IMG/VR virus record: IMGVR_UViG_3300027741_000049
Length of the DNA: 64,000 nucleotides
From: an uncultured virus (IMG/VR IMGVR_UViG_3300027741_000049)
Taxonomy: Duplodnaviria > Heunggongvirae > Uroviricota > Caudoviricetes
Reading direction: 5' to 3' (one strand)
The position numbers were made by a program, and so were the translations under genes. The notes below the pieces were generated by a model. It saw only the letters and a program-made list of their open reading frames with translations. It was not told the DNA's origin and did no database searches. This document shows positions 58,501 to 64,000 of the stretch, piece after piece (positions within the stretch are counted from its first letter, which is position 1; the number at the start of each line of letters is the position of its first letter).

Positions 58501-61500
58501 TGAACTGCTAGTTTAGCTTTAGTGTTTTCTAAAGCTAGATTTTGTTTTGTTATTTCATTATCAGTTAGTTGGGATTGTTGCTTTAAGTATTCGGTTTCAT
58601 CTGTTTGTAATTTTGCAACATCTTGTTCTGCTGCACCAGATTGTACTAAAGCAGTAACTTTTGTAGTAGATAAATTACGTTTATTATTTAACTCATCTTG
58701 AAGTGCTAATATTTGCTGACTGGTAGCTTTTTCAGCCTTTTTTAAGTCTAATGCAGTTTGTTGTTTAACAATATAAGTATCAAATTCACGAGCATATGTT
58801 TTTTGTACATCAAGTTTAAGTTGTTCAGCTTCTAGTGCATTATCTGCAATAGCATTTTGTACTTGAGTATTTGATTTTTTTAACTCAAATTGTTTATTTA
58901 ATTTATCTATAGCTACCTGTACAGCTTGCTGTTGCTTAGTAATCTCTAGTATATCTTGACGTTTATCTTTTTCTGCATCAAGTTTACCAAGATTATTTTT
59001 AAATAAGTTTTCTTGTCGTTTTAATTCTTTAGTTATCTCTTCTCTTTGTGTAACATCGGTTGCATTAAGTTTATTTAGCTTTATTTGAGCATCTTCTCGT
59101 TTTGCATTAATACTAGCAAATTCTTCAGTAACTTTACTATCATAATCTTGCTGAATTCTTTGTAACTCATTTTGATTTTGTAAGCTATTAGTATACTGTT
59201 TAGAATTATCAAATAATGTTGCATAACTAGAAGCTTGTGCTGCTGTGACCTCAAGTCTGGCACTTGCTTCTTCATTGGCTAAGTCTCTAGAAGATTTGGC
59301 TAATTCACGCGCACGATTTTTAACTTCAATTTCCGCTTGAATTTCTTGGTTTAGTCTTTTTTGACTATCCACTTGTGCTTCTATTTCTTGTTTTGTTAAA
59401 GTTGTAGTTTTTAATTTTGCCAACTTTATCAACTGCGATCTTCTGTCTTCTGAAATGTCTGCCTTAGAAACATTTAATATATCTTGATCTATTTTATCAA
59501 TTTCTTGTTTTCTTTTTAACTCATTATTTTGATTTTCTAAAGCAGCTTCTGCAGCTATAGTTTCTTTAGTGGCATAACCTACTATACTATCTGCAATCTG
59601 TAATTGTTGTAATTTAGCAGCGGTAATACTAGACTGTAATGCCTCGAGTTTTTGATTATCCTCTAATTCGCCTTTTCTTTCATTAACAGCACCAGTAAAA
59701 GTATTTGCAGCACTTTTAGCTTGTTGATCTTTTCTACTAGCTTGTTGCTCTGCAACTAATCTATTAACTCTATTAAATCTAGTTCTTACTTGAGTTTCAG
59801 TTTCTTTATCTAGTCCTTCAGGTACTGCAAAATTAGGTTTGCTACCTTCAGTAGTACCTAATCCCTTAGATATAATTGAAGCAGCTTGTGCTGCCTTTAT
59901 TAATTTTTGTAAATCAGGGTCGGTAACACCTTGTTTAGCTGCTGTTTCAAGAGCTAGTGCTGCTGTTAAAGCCTCTGTAGCTGCTGTATTTCTTTCGCCT
60001 TGTAAAATAAGTCTAATATTTGAGTCTATTAGTCTAGTTTGCATACTTATTTCTTGCTGATTTAATTTAGTTTCTATTCTGGCTTTTTCTGCACCAGTAA
60101 AAACAGTAGACTGGGCTCGACCAATAGTTATTGCTGCTCGCTCACTTGCTTGACCAAGCGCTTTTTGAATATAATCAGCACCTAGTATAAGCGCATCGTT
60201 TATACCTTTATTCCATAAGTCCCTGATTGCTTTAGCTTTATCTTCAGGTATTTTAATTTCTAATTCTAATTTATTTGCTTCTTCGGTTAATGCTCTTAAC
60301 TGTTCAACTGCTTCTGTTCTGCCCGAATATTTATTAGCAAGACCATTCATACCACCTTTATCGCTTGCATAATTTTTAGTATCTGCGGCAAAATCATATC
60401 CTTGTGGTAGTGCTTTTTTATACTTTTCTATTTCTGATCTAACTTCTACTAGTCTATCTTTATTTTTTTCAACTGCTGCTACTTGTTCTAAAAATCCTTG
60501 TTTTGCTAAAGTAAGCTGTGTAAAAAATTCTTGGCTAAATAACCCTGCTTTTTTAGGATTAGTAGCTAACTCAATTAATCCTGCTTGTAGTTGGTTTACA
60601 CCTTTTTCTTTAAGATTAACCATTTCGTCACTTAAAGCTGAAATATCATCACCTAGTTTAAATAGTGGGCTACTACTTGCAGTAGATTTTAAAAAATCTT
60701 GGTAACCTTTAAGTGCAGTATCACTAGCAGCTTTAAAACTTTGTAGTCTAGAAGCACTATTATTTAAATTAGTATTTAACTCATCGGTTGTTTTTTGTAG
60801 TTTTTGCAAGCCCTCTTTATCTAAAGATTTAGCGGCTGCTTCAACAGTTTGGAAATCAAGAGAATTTACTCCTAGAGCTTTTTTAAGTTTTTCTTGAGCT
60901 TCTTGACCTGTGCCGGCTCTTTCAAATATTTTTAAAGATCCAGTAACTTGTTTTGCAACACCTTCAGCTAAATTATTTTGTACGCCGCCGCCAAAAAAGC
61001 TTGCAAAATTATCTTTAATTCGTGCCCAGCGGCTATCGCCTAGTGCTTCTTTTGCTTTTTCACTGGTGCTAATTAATTTTTCAAGAGTATCTCTTGCTTC
61101 AAGAGTTGAATTAGCAAGTGCACTAATACCCTCAATACTTGCACCAGCAACATTGCCTTTTTTAGCAAGTACTTCAAGAGTTCTGTTCATATTTGTAAGT
61201 GAATCATTACTCTGATCTACAGCACCATTAAAAGTTGAAAATGCTTTAGAATCTTTACTAAGTATTGCATCAATTATACTAAATGCACTAATTATTAGTC
61301 CAATCCAACCTAGGGCAGCATTTAGTGCATTTCCTAAATTAGCAAGTACTCCGGCCATAATACCTACAGTACCGCGAAGTTTTAGCATTGTTTTATCAAA
61401 CTTATCTAGTTGTAAACCAGATTTTTCAATATCAGCACTTAATAGTGTATAGGCATGGCCCATGCCAATTAAACTAGTATTATATGCCGCATCACTAACT

Positions 61501-62975
61501 ATTTTTCGTTTAGTAGATTCTATTTGTGCTTTATCCGCGGCTTCAAGAGTTAATGCATATTGTGATCTGCCAGTTTTTTCATTTTCTATAGCTATAATAT
61601 TTTTACCTTTTTCAACTCTTAATTCATATTCTGCTTTTTTACTTTGCTCTAAAGCATAAGAAACATCTCTAACTGCTTCCGCTTCTGCATGAAGACCTTT
61701 ATTAGCATAGTCTTTAGCCTCCCTTTCCATTTTTGCAAAATCTCTTGGTTTTAGGTCATCTAAATCTTTAGCTAATGCTTTTGCTGTGGCTGAGTCTTTA
61801 GCATAACTTTTTTTACGCAATTCATTTATTCTAGCTTCAGCATCATCAACTGCTTGAACTTGAATATTAGCACGTCTTTCGGCTTCTTGTTCTATTAAAG
61901 CACTAACCTTACTACGAGCTACCTCTGCATCTGCTGCTTTTGAAGTAGCTAATTGTGCAGCAAAATCTGCACTACTTTTTAATTCTTCTTTAAATTGACC
62001 AATAGCAGGTAATGCTTGCTTTAATAAAGCAAAGCCTAAACCGGCTACAGCTGTGGCTAATAGTGTTGGGTTACTTGATAATAAATCTATAAAAGGACCT
62101 AAAGCTTTATTTACAAAGTCTAGCGTAACTTGAGCTAGATTTTTTAAAGAGGCCAATAGTTTATCGTATGGATTAGCACTTAATTCCGCTAGTGATTTAA
62201 ATTTATCTTCGCCTTCTTTTAACACAGCATTAGCAAATGCTTGACGTTTTTCAAAATCGGTTAATTGACTAGCAGTTTTTCCTACTTGTCTGGCGTACGC
62301 ATCTACTGCTGGCTCGATTTTAGTAAAAATACCTAATTCGTCTAATAATTCAGGTTCTAATTTAGTAATACCGCGGCTAAGTCTGCTTATAGCATCTGGC
62401 ATAGTAATGCCTAGCGCTAAACTTGCATTTTTAGCTACACCTGCAAGTCGCTCAATATTTTTACTACTTAAACCAGCAGAACTAGACTGTGCTACAGCAG
62501 TCATTGCATCTTGTAGTGAAATTGCACCATCAGTAAGATCAACTACGCGTTTACTTAAACTACCTAAACTTTTACCACTATTAGCACCTAATTGATCTAA
62601 ACTTTTGATCATATTAGTAGTATTCATAGCATTACTAAGCGCACTAAAAGCTGCACCAACAGCAAATACGTTAGCAGCATAAGTTGCATATAAGCGAACT
62701 AAACCCCCTAGACCTTGAGATTCTTTAGCAAAATCTCTGCTAGCTGCCCCAGTGCCTGTGCCACTAGCACGTAGTTTACCATAAGTACTACCACTCATTG
62801 CACTTTCTGATAAACTACGACTACCAGTAGTACCGCCAGTATTTATACCTTGTTTTGCTTCGTTTTGAGCATTTCTTAGTTTACCAATAAGTGTTTCAAT
62901 CTTTGAAATTACTTTCTCTGTTGAACCACCGTCAGTAACTTCTACATTATAAGTAGTAGTATTTTGTGCAGACAT
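55581..62975 (-). CDS. tail tape measure protein
   Basis: About 2464 aa, Ala/Gln/Lys-rich and helical; LGGLVRLYATYAANVFA, EPELLDELGI; C-terminal LAQGTNYVP..M.A.IH.GERIIP; AGGAG SD before ATG 62975. Confidence 0.9.
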   Translation of the reverse strand: MSAQNTTTYNVEVTDGGSTEKVISKIETLIGKLRNAQNEAKQGINTGGTTGSRSLSESAMSGSTYGKLRASGTGTGAASRDFAKESQGLGGLVRLYATYAANVFAVGAAFSALSNAMNTTNMIKSLDQLGANSGKSLGSLSKRVVDLTDGAISLQDAMTAVAQSSSAGLSSKNIERLAGVAKNASLALGITMPDAISRLSRGITKLEPELLDELGIFTKIEPAVDAYARQVGKTASQLTDFEKRQAFANAVLKEGEDKFKSLAELSANPYDKLLASLKNLAQVTLDFVNKALGPFIDLLSSNPTLLATAVAGLGFALLKQALPAIGQFKEELKSSADFAAQLATSKAADAEVARSKVSALIEQEAERRANIQVQAVDDAEARINELRKKSYAKDSATAKALAKDLDDLKPRDFAKMEREAKDYANKGLHAEAEAVRDVSYALEQSKKAEYELRVEKGKNIIAIENEKTGRSQYALTLEAADKAQIESTKRKIVSDAAYNTSLIGMGHAYTLLSADIEKSGLQLDKFDKTMLKLRGTVGIMAGVLANLGNALNAALGWIGLIISAFSIIDAILSKDSKAFSTFNGAVDQSNDSLTNMNRTLEVLAKKGNVAGASIEGISALANSTLEARDTLEKLISTSEKAKEALGDSRWARIKDNFASFFGGGVQNNLAEGVAKQVTGSLKIFERAGTGQEAQEKLKKALGVNSLDFQTVEAAAKSLDKEGLQKLQKTTDELNTNLNNSASRLQSFKAASDTALKGYQDFLKSTASSSPLFKLGDDISALSDEMVNLKEKGVNQLQAGLIELATNPKKAGLFSQEFFTQLTLAKQGFLEQVAAVEKNKDRLVEVRSEIEKYKKALPQGYDFAADTKNYASDKGGMNGLANKYSGRTEAVEQLRALTEEANKLELEIKIPEDKAKAIRDLWNKGINDALILGADYIQKALGQASERAAITIGRAQSTVFTGAEKARIETKLNQQEISMQTRLIDSNIRLILQGERNTAATEALTAALALETAAKQGVTDPDLQKLIKAAQAASIISKGLGTTEGSKPNFAVPEGLDKETETQVRTRFNRVNRLVAEQQASRKDQQAKSAANTFTGAVNERKGELEDNQKLEALQSSITAAKLQQLQIADSIVGYATKETIAAEAALENQNNELKRKQEIDKIDQDILNVSKADISEDRRSQLIKLAKLKTTTLTKQEIEAQVDSQKRLNQEIQAEIEVKNRARELAKSSRDLANEEASARLEVTAAQASSYATLFDNSKQYTNSLQNQNELQRIQQDYDSKVTEEFASINAKREDAQIKLNKLNATDVTQREEITKELKRQENLFKNNLGKLDAEKDKRQDILEITKQQQAVQVAIDKLNKQFELKKSNTQVQNAIADNALEAEQLKLDVQKTYAREFDTYIVKQQTALDLKKAEKATSQQILALQDELNNKRNLSTTKVTALVQSGAAEQDVAKLQTDETEYLKQQSQLTDNEITKQNLALENTKAKLAVQQQLTLEQIKYNEMLSLSNELSTNLKDTFGLFGDKVKAVGEALGDTVTRLTENNIRQEKFSKAQVEDQKKLDALKGDSSADEQSIIDLQNKMADDKKKNNKEELKGDLAAISSTKKMFKEKTAAYKIFAAVEKALALAQVATNVMVLASKLTTEAGTTAAAVGGTTARLPAYITDIWGQTLGKLPFPIGGIVGAGLVALLLSSFGGKGGSSKAPPMVTAEMRQETQGTAMGYNAAGEKVQVRRGVFGDETAKSESINNSLKIIAENSVDGLDYDNKMLNALKGLRDALTESAQALFGVKGLRSGTAFGTVEGANSSGGWFGISGLFGKTTTRSIIDSGIKIAGTFSELARAGNGVIQTFETVSTTTKSSGFLGIGSSSKTSVGTNFGMLDPKAEAALRNAFDYAGDLLYSIGEKAGKLPAEIERGMAGVKVDELVSLRGLTGEDFNKALSNVIGAVLDDATLAIFSEFEKFAKFGEGMLQTVVRVVDTNTKVNQAIKNIGTSISGQMQQAFLDVTENSTFFGLITGSYATWKTRTVDIDKLTNDITEALVKASDGLDNFLDKVENFRSNFLTEAEQLEPINKAYRKGLTDLGYSADISREELKGLIQNFDLFNPAAGRAGKSTAETYTLLLDIASGFDKVADAAESAAKKISDERQGLVSKLDQLRLTAEQLQDIDISKLDSTNQALQRQIFAMQDMQTAAKTLQTRLNDVTKTMKSQITSLTDYKQSLMIGDKSTLTAVDQYQLAKKNLTELYQTATSTTATEEQRNTALGKLQGASDQVLTLSRQLYNSSAQYSVDQALVLGYIDATKADLEKRKTDVQLQLDELQSSNNFLKNIDANSKTTSDLIADYLASINTYNTAATNAGDTQLIGIPKLAQGTNYVPYNMVAEIHRGERIIPAADNQQLVINNTQMVQEIKLLNEKIGNLQQAIIDGAVINAQATNRNTEEIAAAIGVGADRTIQSTRLQTRAVIK

Positions 62976-63036
62976 TATATCTCCTAACAGCAACTTTTAT
63001 GTATTAAATTTTAATACAGTTTTTACCTTAAACACG

Positions 63037-63065
63037 ATTATAACATAAGGGCACTACTTTGTCAA
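63037..63065 (-). promoter_or_regulatory. perfect-consensus sigma70 promoter upstream of the tape measure gene
   Basis: TTGACA-17 nt-TATAAT with extended -10 TG on the minus strand. Confidence 0.9.
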
Positions 63066-63105
63066 CTATAATTTTTATGCACACAAAAAAACGCTCTACA
63101 ACTAA

Positions 63106-63447
63106 TTACTTAGCTGTAGAGCGTTTTTGTTCTATTCTGTCTGCCACATTTTTTGACTTAATACCATCAATTGTGTGTAAAATATCTAATACAAATAGTC
63201 TTTCACCTTGTTCTATTTCATACAAGTCAAATAATTTAAATACAATTGAATAGTCTTTGCCTAAGTAGTTGCCATTCATAGTATCCCAAATATCCGCTAA
63301 TGTTCTGTGTATAACAAAACACTGTTGAATTAAGCTAGGCAGCTCTGAATACTCAACAGGCATATTTTCTTCAACGGGTTCTTCACCGAGCATTTCGCAC
63401 ATTTCAAGATAAGTTTCTAAGTCTACACCAATATTACTATTTTGCAT
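63106..63447 (-). CDS. tail assembly chaperone, T part (G-T fusion)
   Basis: YLEMCE.LG.EP....P...L.D.WD.MNG.YLGKD; its frame is open back to the slippery site. Confidence 0.75.
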   Translation of the reverse strand: MQNSNIGVDLETYLEMCEMLGEEPVEENMPVEYSELPSLIQQCFVIHRTLADIWDTMNGNYLGKDYSIVFKLFDLYEIEQGERLFVLDILHTIDGIKSKNVADRIEQKRSTAK

Positions 63448-63476
63448 ATACCTAGTAAGTATATCTTCAATTTGCT

Positions 63477-63884
63477 CTACTTGCTCGTAGAAAAGTTTCC
63501 CAAGTCTGTTACCTGCTCACTAATAAAACTATCAAAGTTTGTGGAGTTTTTCATCAGGTAAAGCGCATTTTCTTCGTCGTAAGCTAGCTCAATCTCAGGA
63601 TCCTGACCAGTTAAATCTACTGGTACAAGTTGTTCTAAGTACTTAAGTTTTAAACCTGACCAACCTTTAATACTAGACTTGACATAAAGTTCTAGGAAAA
63701 GATCATCATTAAGCTCTTCTACTGCCTGACGATTTTTAAAGGTAGTTTTTGTAGCTTTTTTGCGAATATTTTGTAGTGTTTCACGAGATAAAAATGCTAA
63801 CTCAACTTTAAAGTCAGGCATTCCGGGATACTCTACAGTTACTGCTTTTGAGGGTACAAGTAAATTTTTAAGTGAAATTGTCAT
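63477..63884 (-). CDS. tail assembly chaperone, G part
   Basis: Between tail tube and tape measure; IKGWSGL, NA..LM.NS..FD.FI; ends with GGGAAAC slippery site. Confidence 0.8.
   Translation of the reverse strand: MTISLKNLLVPSKAVTVEYPGMPDFKVELAFLSRETLQNIRKKATKTTFKNRQAVEELNDDLFLELYVKSSIKGWSGLKLKYLEQLVPVDLTGQDPEIELAYDEENALYLMKNSTNFDSFISEQVTDLGNFSTSK
63495..63501 (-). promoter_or_regulatory. -1 programmed frameshift heptamer G GGA AAC
   Basis: X XXY YYZ in frame; the -1 frame reads LFYEQVEQIEDILTRYMQNS into 63106..63447. Confidence 0.75.
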
Positions 63885-63940
63885 AGGTTTCTTTTTTAGT
63901 TATGGCTGGGCTATAAAGCCCAGCCAGTGTTAGTTAACGA

Positions 63941-64000
63941 TTAAGGTGCTACGTAAGTAATTGTAGCTTCATTAGCTTGTTCAATATCAAAACTAGTTCC
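63941..64000 (-). CDS. C-terminus of major tail (tube) protein, truncated by window edge
   Basis: Reads GTSFDIEQANEATITYVAP-stop, upstream of the chaperones, followed by hairpin 63903-63926. Confidence 0.6.
   Translation of the reverse strand, partial: GTSFDIEQANEATITYVAP

Noticed and set aside
32816..62595. Many short opposite-strand or alternate-frame ORFs within the tail genes
   Set aside because: Expected shadows of long ORFs with biased codon usage; no SD or recognisable motifs.
1..64000. Stop-codon reassignment or integrase/mobile elements
   Set aside because: Conserved genes are full length in the standard code, and no suppressor tRNA, integrase, transposase, intein or homing endonuclease was recognised.

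Overview
This window is an internal ~64 kb segment of an AT-rich, T5-like (Demerecviridae-like) tailed phage genome. 1-30.4 kb (+ strand) begins with an accessory region. It holds a UvsE fragment, 6 tRNAs, a Zn-deaminase, an Aah/TibC-type heptosyltransferase, rubredoxin and a collagen-like protein. It also holds a 35-nt tRNA minihelix, a circularly permuted two-piece tmRNA (tag ANDEVFALAA) directly followed by a ClpP-like protease, and a small C5 DNA methyltransferase. A replication block in T5 gene order follows: D3, PC4-like, split NAD+ ligase A/B, D5, DnaB-like helicase, primase, PolA, D10, D11, SbcD/SbcC-like D12/D13, D14, D15 flap nuclease, then a class II RNR. 30.4-64 kb (- strand) is the tail/lysis module. 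In transcription order it carries the tail tube C-terminus, tail chaperones with a GGGAAAC -1 frameshift, the tape measure, hub and several very large Ser/Thr/Gly-rich fibre/adhesin proteins. It ends with spanins, a membrane protein-SLT lysin pair split by a -1 frame change at CCCAAAG, and PhoH. Strong sigma70 promoters (TTGnnn-17-TATAAT) and intrinsic terminators punctuate both arms. The tmRNA tag and small DUF genes suggest a betaproteobacterial host (inference). All product calls come from motif and synteny recognition by eye; no database searches were run.
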